64,000 nt of DNA, from the NCBI GenBank assembly GCA_002269645.1, contig NIVC01001223.1, positions 1-64,000 on the forward strand, written 5' to 3'. The stretch comes from Macrostomum lignano (lineage: Eukaryota). Made by a program: the position numbers and the translations under genes. Position 1 is the stretch's first letter. Every line of letters begins with the position of its first letter. The notes beneath the pieces were generated by a model. That model was not told where the DNA came from. It searched no databases and saw only the letters and a list, made by a program, of their open reading frames with translations. Below, in pieces: positions 1 through 9,900 of this stretch.

Positions 1-350
1 TTCATATCTCCGACACTTGATATCTCCGACACTTGATATCTCACACTTGATATCTCCGACACTTGATATCTCCGACACTTGATATCTCCGACACTTGATA
101 TCTCCGACACTTCATATCTCACACTTGATATCTCCGACACTTCATATCTCCGACACTTATATCTCCGACACTTCATATCTCCGACACTTCATATCTCCGA
201 CACTTCATATCTCCGACACTTGATATCTCCGACACTTCATATCTCCGAACTTTATCTCGACACTTCATATCTCTGACACTTCATATCCCGACACTTCATA
301 TCTCGACACTTCATATCTTGACTTTTCATATCTCTGACACTTGATATCTA
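1..350. repeat. 16-bp tandem repeat (TTSATATCTCCGACAC)n, truncated by the window start
   Basis: Direct reading. Confidence 0.95.
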
Positions 351-364
351 CGAGTATCGCTAAG

Positions 365-1105
365 GTTTAAGTGACTAAATCCAGAACCGGAACTCTCAGG
401 GTCAAATTTGAGTGACTAAATCCAGAACCGGGGCTCTCAGAAGAGTCAAATTTGAGTGACTAAATCCAGAACCGGACTCTCAGTCAAATTTGAGTGACTA
501 AATCCAGAACTGGAGCTCTCAGAGTCAAATTTGAGTGACTAAATCCAGAACCGGGACTCTCAGAGTCAAATTTGAGTGACTAAATCCAGAACCGGGACTC
601 TCAGAGTCAAATTTGAGTGACTAAATCCAGAACCGAGACTCTCAGAGTCAAATTTGAGTGACTAAATCCAGAACCGGGACTCTCAGAGTCAAATTTGAGT
701 GACTAAATCCAGAACCGGAACTCTCAGGGTCAAATTTGAGTGACTAAATCCAGAACCGTGACTCTCAGAGTCAAATTTGAGTGACTAAATCCAGAACCGA
801 GACTCTCAGAGTCAAATTTGAGTGGCTAAATCCAGAACCGAGACTCTCAGAGTCAAATTTGAGTGACTAAATCCAGAACCGAGACTCTCAGAGTCAAATT
901 TGAGTGACTAAATCCAGAACCGAGACTCTCAGAGTCAAATTTGAGTGACTAAATCCAGAACCGTGACTCTCAGAGTCAAATTTGAGTGACTAAATCCAGA
1001 ACCGGACTCTCAGAGTCAAATTTGAGTGACTAAATCCAGAACCGTGACTCTCAGAAGAGTCAAATTTGAGTGACTAAATCCAGAACCGGGACTCTCAGAG
1101 TCAAG
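365..1105. repeat. 41-bp minisatellite, ~18 copies
   Basis: Unit GAGTCAAATTTGAGTGACTAAATCCAGAACCGGGACTCTCA; period 41. Confidence 0.95.
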
Positions 1106-1372
1106 TTCAAGCGGCTTAAAGTCGCTACTGGAACTCAACTCTCAAAGAGCGACAAAGATTGTAGATGAAGCGACAGTCATTCTATAGACTTTTAGATTGC
1201 TTGAGTCTTTGCTTTGCGATTTTATTGCCATTTTCTACAATGGAGAATAGCCACAAAAATGACCCAAAAAAGCACCCAATTACCCATTACCCATGTATAG
1301 AGCTATTGTCAATGAAGTCGTGGTTTATGACTTTAAAGTGAATCCAAACACCACGAAAGCTGGTCCAATCGC

Positions 1373-4300
1373 TCAGGCACCGCCAAGCAGCTCCAGCATT
1401 GTCCTTAGCCTGTCTTTGTCGTCGAAGCCACCCAACTTTGTCTTCTTCTTCTGGCCGCTCCGTTTAAGCTGGCGCCGACTGCTGCCTCTGCTATGCGCGC
1501 GCTGGTTGCGCCTGAAATTGATTAATTTTTACTATTATTTTGCAACGTTACGCTAGTAGGCTGGAAGCTAAGCTAAATGCACACAAATAGACTTCACTCT
1601 GTCATCATTACTCCTTTGCCAACTTTTTACAGTGCTTTTTTGCGAAACCAGCTGCCGTAGAGACTGCTTCCCCTGAACTTCTCATCAAACTCTTATCAGG
1701 GATCAAATCAAGTCAAGTGAAGTCAAGATTGTGAGAGTCGTGAGCAGGTTGATCATAAGCACTCTAACCCCTATCACCCTTCTCACCCTGCTTATTCTTC
1801 TTCCCCTTCTCATCCAATCACCTTCTCAACCTTCTAGCATTTCGGTTGTGGGCACCCTGACGCAACGTCTTTGGCGACATTGTCGTGCAAACCAGCGCTG
1901 ACGGCAACTCGTACACACGCTCACACAGGGTGCACAGCGGCCCTGACTTTCTAATCGTCAGGCATGTACACTGTCTGTGCCTTGTGGGTTGGCCCTCATG
2001 GGTTCGAATCGCACGACAACCCCCGGGCCCCAACTTAATACAATGTATGGCCGCGCACGGAATCGAACTCGGAATTGTGCCGAGTGTCAGACGCGTCTAG
2101 CTCTGAGCTACACGGCCCCCTAGGTTTAGGGTTAGGGTTAGGGTTAGCAGACGGCAGTCAAAAGTCGTAAACCCCTCTCACCCCTCTCATCCCTCTTATC
2201 CCTCTTACCCCTCTCACCCTCTAACCCCTCTCACCCCTCTTACCCCTCTTACCCTCTAACCCCTCTCACCCTCTCACCCTCTCACCCCTCTAACCCTCTC
2301 ACCCCTCTCACCCTCTCACCCTCTCACCCTCTCAACCTCTCACCCTCTCATCCCTCTCACCCTCTCACCCCTCTCACCCTCTCATCCCTCTCACCCTCTC
2401 ACCCCTCACCCTCTCACCTCTCACCCTCTCACCCCTCACCCTCTTACCTCTCTCATTCTCTCACCCCTCTCACCCTCTCACCCCTCTCACTCTCTCACCC
2501 TCTCACCTCTCTCACCTCTCTCAGCCCCTCTCTCTCACCTTTGGCCACTGCGCTTTGATTTTCCGCGGCCGCCCGCCTTGCCGCCCTTCCAGCCCCGCTC
2601 ACGCCAGTACTTTTCCCGTCGCCTGGTAAGGAAGCGCCGATAATCTGCCGCCGGATCTTCGGCTTCTCCCCGCTGGCCCCGGCGGCCCTGACGGTCCGAC
2701 CGGCCACCGCCGATCAATACCATCTTGGCCGAGCCGACTCGAACCCGCTTCCCGTTTGCCACCAACACAAAGCGAAGCGCAACGTCGCCGTGGCGCTGGT
2801 CTCGCTTAGAACGGCGCATCAGTCGGTGCACCTGTCGCAGCAGCTTGCGCAGGGATAGGCGCAGGGTGCACTCGTTTCTATGGCAACTGGTGCGTACGCC
2901 GCTCAACCGTTGGCCGCCGCCACTTGAGCTGCCAGCGGCCACAGCTTTCTGACTTTTTCTTGACGGCTTTGCGTGTCTCTGGCGACAGTTCTTCGGCGGC
3001 TTGGAGCCGAGCGGCAGAGCGACCAGATCTTTCCCGATCTGGTTGGACCAGAACGGACATAACATGTACGCTTGTAATTCCAAAAAGTTGAGTTCAGTTA
3101 AAGATTTAAATAGGCCATTTCGAATGTTGGACTTTTTTACGAATATAATAATTTAAAAATGTTTGATTACACCTACCCCGATAGGCAGATGTGCAACCGA
3201 CAGCTCAGCCGCAGCTATTTGCGCGGCGCATCTGAAGGCTGCGTACGGCTGTTCCGTCCAAGGACTGATGGGGGGGGTCGCCACACACACCCTCAATTAC
3301 CCCAGCTAATGCTGGCACCCATTTTACAGCTGGGTGAACTGAAGCAATGCAGAGTTAAGTGTCTTGCTCAAGGACAGATTGTTCCGAGTGGGTAGAGAAT
3401 CGAACCCCCGACCTTCAAGTCGTGAGTCCGACGCTCTAACCACTAGGCTACAACCCCCTGATCAAATATTACCACGAAAGTGTATAAAAACTAGTCTCTT
3501 GATTACTGACAATTACAAAACCGGCTACAGGTGTACAGAGACGTTGACTTTCTCACCATCATCAGGCCAACTTTCTTACCTGGTACACAATCCTCCACGA
3601 CCGATCGCCGCGTTTCCTAGCGTACACCCGGCCGCGCCAGATGGTCAGGCGACGTCCTTCCCAGCCGCGCTTCGCCAAAGTGAACAGTGTCATGCGCTGC
3701 TGCTTCTGCTTTTTCCTCACTCCTCCTCCTCCTCCTCCTTTTACACTGACGCTGCCCAGCCAGGAGATCCGGTAGGTTGCATCGCCGAACTGCAGCCGGC
3801 CCGAGTCGCAGCGGGCTCGGCACTGGCGCCAGCTGCGCGCTCCGTGACCGGCAAGGCGGCGGCACCAGTCGGGCACCGGCTGGCAGGAGGCGGCTGGCAG
3901 CAGCTTCGCAGCCGGATAGGCGGTCTGGCAGTTCAGCTTCCTGGCGTTGCTGCCACCGCTGCTCGCTGTCACAGTGTCTGAACTGCCAGTGAGTGGGATA
4001 AAGGATAAAGCGATACTGTAGGCTTAGCTAGTCTACTTTGCTTTTGAGGGGCTTGTTTCTTTGGAGCTGGAAGTTTTGCTGCGGATCCTTGTTCTCAAGG
4101 GATAAAAGGTTTCAGCATGAAGTCGCAGGCTTAGCCAAACCAACACGCGGATCGTACAAGCGAGGCAATATTGGTTCTGTTCTGTTGCGTCACGCGGATC
4201 GTACAAGCGAGGCAATATCGGTTCTGTTCTGTTGCGTCACGCGGATCGTACAAGCAAGGCAATATCGGTTCTGTTCTGTTGCGTCACGCGGATCGTACAA

Positions 4301-5121
4301 GCGAGGCAATATCGGTTCTGTTCTGTTGCGTCACGCGGATCGTACAAGCGAGGCAATATCGGTTCTGTTCTGTTGCGTCACGCGGATCGTACAAGCGAGG
4401 CAATATCGGTTCTGTTCTGTTGCGTCACGCGGATCGTACAAGCGAGGCAATATCGGTTCTGTTCTGTTGCGTCACGCGGATCGTACAAGCGAGGCAATAT
4501 CGGTTCTGTTCTGTTGCGTCACGCGGATCGTACAAGCGAGGCAATATCGGTTCTGTTCTGTTGCGTGTTAGCAGCTGGTCAACTCTGCGTCACCAACCTT
4601 CCACAATTCCTGAAGCTCCTGAAGTCCTGAACCATCAAATTAGCCATAAAAATGTCACACAAAAGGTGTTAAAAGCGAAGAAAGGAAATCTGTACAAGCC
4701 ATTTGACAGGGCAAAAGTGAAGGAGCCTCAGGGAACCAAGCGGTGGTAACGCTCAAAAATCGGGAGCCCCCTCCAGGAAATTGTCTACTGAATAGTAGGT
4801 AGGAAGGAATTTAAAGCGAATCTCTAACAGAGTGCAAAATCCCGGCCTTTCCCCCCTCCTTCTAAAGCTCCCAAAAAGGGAAGACGACCTGAAAAAAATT
4901 TATAGGCTGTTCAGTGATCGCATTAATTTGATTTGCTTGTTTTTAGTCAGCTTTAATTTTGAAGCACCGTTCAATGCAACTAACAGTTAGGAACGGTACT
5001 TAACACTTTCGTTTAGCAGAAAATAGCATAAAATACGAGTATGTTTCTGAAATAAAATGGTAAAGACTCACCATGTGACATACAACAGAAATGTCCAGGC
5101 TAGCAGAGCAACGCTTTGGGG
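1373..5121 (-). CDS. Orphan, probably secreted, Arg/Lys/Gly-rich cationic protein with a Cys cluster; 4 exons found, start-codon exon not identified (>=363 aa)
   Basis: Exons 5121-5072, 3982-3580, 3038-2539 and 1511-1373 join in frame through canonical sites (TG|gtgagt, cag|T; CAG|gtaaga, cag|ATC; AG|gtgaga, cag|G). The first exon encodes hydrophobic PQSVALLAWTFLLYVTC. Stop TGA at 1375-1373 and AATAAA at about 1226-1221. No family recognised. Confidence 0.65.
1885..2120 (-). mobile_element. Second tRNA-headed element (SINE-like family B) with a ~100-bp hairpin body
   Basis: Head 2117-2048 has a 7-bp acceptor-like stem GGCCGTG/CGCGGCC plus A, TAGCTCAG and GTTCGATTC boxes, but broken D, anticodon and T arms. 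Body 1890-1995 recurs at 51693-51785. Confidence 0.55.
2122..2147 (+). repeat. Interstitial telomeric repeat, ~4 x TTAGGG
   Basis: taggtttagggttagggttagggttag. Confidence 0.7.
2170..2535. repeat. CT-rich simple repeat (CCCTCTCA-like)
   Basis: Direct reading; intronic. Confidence 0.9.
3161..3458 (-). mobile_element. tRNA-derived SINE, family A, copy 1 (in an intron of the orphan gene)
   Basis: tRNA-like head GGGGTTGTAGCCTAGTGGTT...GGTTCGATTC (A and B boxes). Central TCCTTGAGCAAGACACTTAAC...CAGCTGTAAAATGGG resembles CORE/Meta-type SINE domains. Homologous to three other copies in the window. Confidence 0.85.
4144..4566. repeat. 47-bp minisatellite, 9 copies
   Basis: Unit CACGCGGATCGTACAAGCGAGGCAATATCGGTTCTGTTCTGTTGCGT. 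Confidence 0.95.
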
Positions 5122-5269
5122 CTACAACGCAAATTTTAGATATGAATAACATTTTTAGATTAGTTGAATAGCAATCAGCGCCCCCTGTTGGGGAAGCAAC
5201 AAAGAAAGAAGTTATTATTTTTGAATAAACTGCATGTGGCTTCTGACCTCTCACTCAGCCGTGCCATCT

Positions 5270-5555
5270 CACCAATTCCCCCGTGAGCCTTGACATCTCA
5301 GCAATCCCCCCGTGAGCCTTGACATCTCAGCAATCCCCCCGTGAGCCTTGACATCTCAGCAATTCCCCCGTGAGCCTTGACATCTCAGCAATTCCCCCGT
5401 AAGCCTTGACATCTCAGCAATTCCCCCGTGAGCCTTGACATCTCAGCAATTCCCCCGTAAGCCTTGACATCTCAGCAATTCCCCCGTAAGCCTTGACATC
5501 TCAGCAATTCCCCCGTAAGCCTTGACATCTCAGCAATCCCCCCGTAAGCCTTGAC
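5270..5555. repeat. 29-bp minisatellite, ~10 copies
   Basis: Unit GAGCCTTGACATCTCAGCAATTCCCCCGT. Confidence 0.95.
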
Positions 5556-5720
5556 TTAAGTAAAGTAGATGTCGAAGGTCGCTACACGAAAAGTATGCCC
5601 GGAGATCGGCAACGCACAAAATATAGCTGTGTTTTTTTAAAAGATTTCGCAAAAAAAGTTGCTGCTTTTTGCACAGCGCTGAATGGGGTTGTGGCATAGA
5701 CTTTAGTGCTCAATTCCCAG

Positions 5721-6015
5721 GGGGTTGTAGCCTAGTGGTCAGAGCGTCGGACTCACGACTGAAAGGTCGGGAGTTCTAATCTCCATCTACTGGAACAATC
5801 TGTGTCCTTGAGCAAGACGCTTAACTCTTGCATTGCTTCAGTTCACCCAGCTGTAAAATGGGTGCCAGCATTAGCTGGGGTAATTGAGGGCGTGTGTGGC
5901 GACCCCCCAGTCCTTGGACTGAACAGCCGTACGCAGCCTTCAGATGCGCCGCGCAATAGCTGCGGCTAAGCTGTCGGTTGCACATCTGGCCCATTAGTGC
6001 AGGTGTAATCAATTA
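5721..6015 (+). mobile_element. tRNA-derived SINE, family A, copy 2
   Basis: Near-full-length match to the reverse complement of 3161-3458. Confidence 0.85.
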
Positions 6016-6962
6016 CAAACATTGAAACACTAAAACTGTTACCACTGCGTTGCTCTGCCATCCAGGCTTCGGACTTCTCCTATGCTACTCTCTGCAGGAC
6101 TCATTTTATGCTTTTTATGTTTTTTTTCTGCGACGTTGGCGACTTTGAGCTGGAATGTAAAATAGCGCTCAAATTCAACGGTTTAAAAACTTACAGATTG
6201 GCGGCTCATTTGTCTTCTGCGATGGTAATTCGTCTTAACTTTTCACAAAATATAACTTATTCTCCTTTAAAACGAATAAGGCTTCGAAAAATACATGTAT
6301 GAAGTTTGAGAGCACAATTTAAGCATGTGTGATTGTTTGACTTGATTTTCAACATTTTCCGTTCCACCTGCCCCGTAGCTGCGCCGACAAGCGGCTCTCA
6401 AATCCGCCAACACGTTTTCCCATTAGGCCGAATTGTGCCGAAAATGAAATTTTCTTGACCCAGAATCTGACTGACTGGCCGACTGCCCTCTGCCGGCGCA
6501 CCAAAACAGAAAAATCTCGCCAAAAATTCTCAATCAAAACTATTTACCGCGTCCCTAGCTTCAGCAGTTTTACTGTATCAAGTATATTGTTGAATGAGAA
6601 AACACTGGTCAGAATGATATTTTGCTGAACCAAGCGAAAGCAATGTCTGCTAGGGCCAATGCAGAGAGTCACAAAAAGCTGAAGTATCATCGAAAAAATA
6701 TTGATAGAATCGAGCCTGTCTGCAGGCCAGGCCAGTCGGAGTTGGCAGGTCAAAAACGATGAGCAAAATAATAAGTTGCTTCCAATCCATCAAGCAGAGC
6801 GGAAAAATCAACATGAAGTACAAAGTAAATAAATCTTTCATTACAGCTGAAGCCAGTTGTCACCAAGTGCAAATTTCACATTGGCACCATTGCAGTCCGC
6901 AAAATCAGGTTTTGCATGTTCAAGTAAAAGTTGACCCCTTGAAGTCCGGTTCAGCTGTTCAG

Positions 6963-9900
6963 CTACTGGACGCAGCAGGCCCGCGAGTTTTCCACCCGGT
7001 TGACTCGCCACTGGCTCACCAGCTGCGCGATCTTCATGCCGGCGGCCAGAGACGGGTTGGTCTCGTCCCCGGCCCCGCCGCCTCCGGCCAGTCCTTGTCG
7101 CTCCTTGTACACGGCCTCCTCCTGCCGGCTGGGCAGCTCGTTGACCACCCGCACCAGGGTAGCGTCTGACGGGTCAGCGATCGCCAGCAGCGTCAGGGAG
7201 CCATCGATGCCGCCGCAGGCGATGCCGCGACCGTCAAGGGCGCTGACCATCGACTTGATCTCGGCGTGCACTTTGAAGTCGGCCAGCAGGGCGGCGTCCT
7301 CGACTCGGATTAGCCGGATAGTCTTTCTGCCGCTGTGAAAGTGCGCAATGTACTTGTCGCCCTCCGTGAATATTGTGATGCTGGGAAACACTCCGTCAGA
7401 AGTCTGCCGCCGAAGCACCCACTTGGAGTTCTGCGGCTTCCGCAAGTCGATCAGCTTCACGCCGCCAACCAGAGGTGAGAACAGGCCGAAGCGGCCGTCG
7501 GCAGTACGCAGCCCTTGCCACTCGGGCACGGAGCGCACCAACTGCTTCTTGCGCGAATCCCAGAGCTGGCCTTTCTCCTCATCGATAAAAGCGATCCAGC
7601 CCGGCTTGTCCGGCAGGGAGACAATTTGCTTCACGGCATTGGTGCCCTCCAGCTTTGGCTTTGTCTTCTCAACGAATGCGCCAGTCGCGGCGTTATAATA
7701 GGACACTATGAACTTCTCCTTGGCAGTGCAGGGTACCAACAGCTGCATGCTGTCGATGGAGAATATTGGCGGCACAAAGTCTACAAAGTAGTATTCAAAT
7801 TCATATAGCAGCTGGCTGCTGGGCACTGCGTAGCAGCAGATTGCAGCCGTCTTAGAGGCGCGCTTCTCCATGCTAACGGCCAGGACTTTTGAGCCGTCCA
7901 GCGTCATCTCCAGGGCTTCGACTGGCCCGAAGTCGCGTGACAAGAGTGACCCGCCGTCCGGCAGGGACCAGAAGACGAGGCGCCGGCTGTCGGCCGACAC
8001 GGCCACGCTGGCATCGTGAGAGATGAGCGCCTTGAAGATGACAGCGTTTCCACTAGCCGAAAAAGTTTTCAACAGAACGGCCCGCTGTACGTCCCACAGT
8101 CCCAGGTAGGTGCGAGCCACCGTGAGCGCCGTGCAGCCATCCTTCGACAAGGAGATGTAGTCTATCGGCTTCTCCATGTGGTGAATGTTGAACACGCGCT
8201 CCATGATATTGTTAAAGTTCCACACCTTAATGGTCTTGTCCATGGATGAGGAGACAACGCAATTCAGTGCCACGGAATTGGTCATGGAGACAATGCGACC
8301 GAAATGGGCGTCCAGCTTCTTCATCAGAGTGCCGGTCTTGCACGAGTAGGCCATGACTAGGTGGCGGACGGCGGAGATCATGAACTCATTTCCGCGACTG
8401 AAGATCAGGAGATTCTGCATTGGATTCTTATTCGGTATGTTCTGATAGCCTTTGGGCAGCGGAGCCCTGGCGCACGGACAGCCTTGCGAAGTGAGATGCC
8501 AAATTTTGAACTCAGTAGAGCATATGGCTACCAGAATCGTCTCGTCATCGCTGAGGGAGAGACCGACGAACTCGTCGCTGTTCTCTATGGACGAGTCCCA
8601 GGTGTAATTGCCGGTATCCTTGCGCCTGGAGTAGCGATGAATAGTGAAGTTCATGGAGCCGGCCTCGTCCCGCTTGGGAAGGAACATGTGCTGCCTACTG
8701 TTGCCCATGGCCATGCCAGTGTGGTACTCGATGCTATTCGCCAGGTCGTGGCTAAAGTAGACGCGATACTCCGACGCCACCTTGGTGTTGACTGTGCAGA
8801 AGTAGAAATTATCGGAGCCGCGATATTCGAAGTGCACAATCTCTTCGCCGGAGTCCTGCAGCTCGCCAGTGCTGAGCAGTTCAGCGGCGTGGCTGAACTC
8901 AAACCACTGCCGAGCGGTAAAGGCCAAACAGACATCGGTGGTCACCAGCACACCGCGCACATCCGAGTCCTTCGGTAGGTTATAGAAGCCGTGCTCCCCA
9001 GATACTAGATTGGTGAAGACTAGCTGGTTGTTGCTGGTGAAGCTGACCGCTCGTCGGTCCTCCGAGTCGATTCGCATGCCTTTGGTGATGCCCTGCAGGC
9101 CGTTGATTGGGATGTTGCGGAAGATCTCGCCAGTCTGCAGATCCCAGATTATGAACTGGTTTGACACGGACACAAGGTACTTGCTGTCGCTTGTCACCTG
9201 CATTCCGTAGCAGGCAAACTGGTGGCCCTCAAGCGAGTACTCCAACGGACCGCCAGGTGTGTACAGGTAGTGGTGCGCCGGCACCAGAGCGCAGTGGACC
9301 GGGGCCTCTCGATCGCACTCGTGTATGAGATGGCGAACCTTTTCAAAGATGGCATAATAGGGCAACAGGCGGCCGCTGATCTGCGGACCGAGCATATTCG
9401 GGTCCTTAGTGATGATGCTGGCGGAGAGTCGGAGGCACTCGCTCAGGATGCGCGCGTTCCGGTCGCTGGTCTTTGCAATCATACTGTCCAGGTCGGACAG
9501 GAGCGCTTGCAAGGGGAAGGCGCTCAGCTTGGCGTGCAGGAACTGGTAGTTGAACAGGCACTCGCTGGCCAGCTCCGCCATCCGGCCGGATTTCAACAGT
9601 TGAAAGGGCAGCTCGCTGAGCTTGCGCAGGTTGTACCGCACAGTCTTGCCGGCCTCGTTGACGAAGCGCAACGGCTGGGGCGGCACCTTGCGATCGCTCT
9701 CCGAATTCACATCTTTAAGGCCGAAGCGTTGCTTCTGCAGCTCGCTGTAAACGAACGGCTTGGGCACACCGGCCCACTTGCCCAGGAAGTAGTCCGCCAG
9801 GTTCGAGTGGATGCCGGACTTGAAGTTGAGATTTTTGAAGTATCGCTTCTCGCACACCTGGAAGAACTGCCGGTGGTACCAGTAAACTACGTCGACACCG

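Noticed and set aside
365-1105. CRISPR-like appearance of the 41-bp array (also the 47-, 50- and 37-bp arrays)
   Set aside because: Units are head-to-tail with no unique spacers, there are no cas genes, and the context is eukaryotic.
1935-1965. Hammerhead-like CTGACGA-TTA-GAAA (minus strand), and CTGACGA-ATC-GAAAC at ~37822 in the GPCR exon
   Set aside because: No stem II or stem III/UH cleavage site can be formed. The motif is not kept in the second hairpin copy, and the other lies in coding sequence.
2048-2117. Possible tRNA gene; also the tRNA-like heads at 3458, 5721 and 29510 and the fragment at ~55870-55905
   Set aside because: Anticodon, D and T stems do not pair properly, and most run directly into SINE bodies.
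3047-3083. ORF-track start (MELQAYMLCPFW) for the 2535-3083 ORF
   Set aside because: Better explained as intron sequence upstream of the acceptor at 3038, which joins in phase to the 3580 donor.
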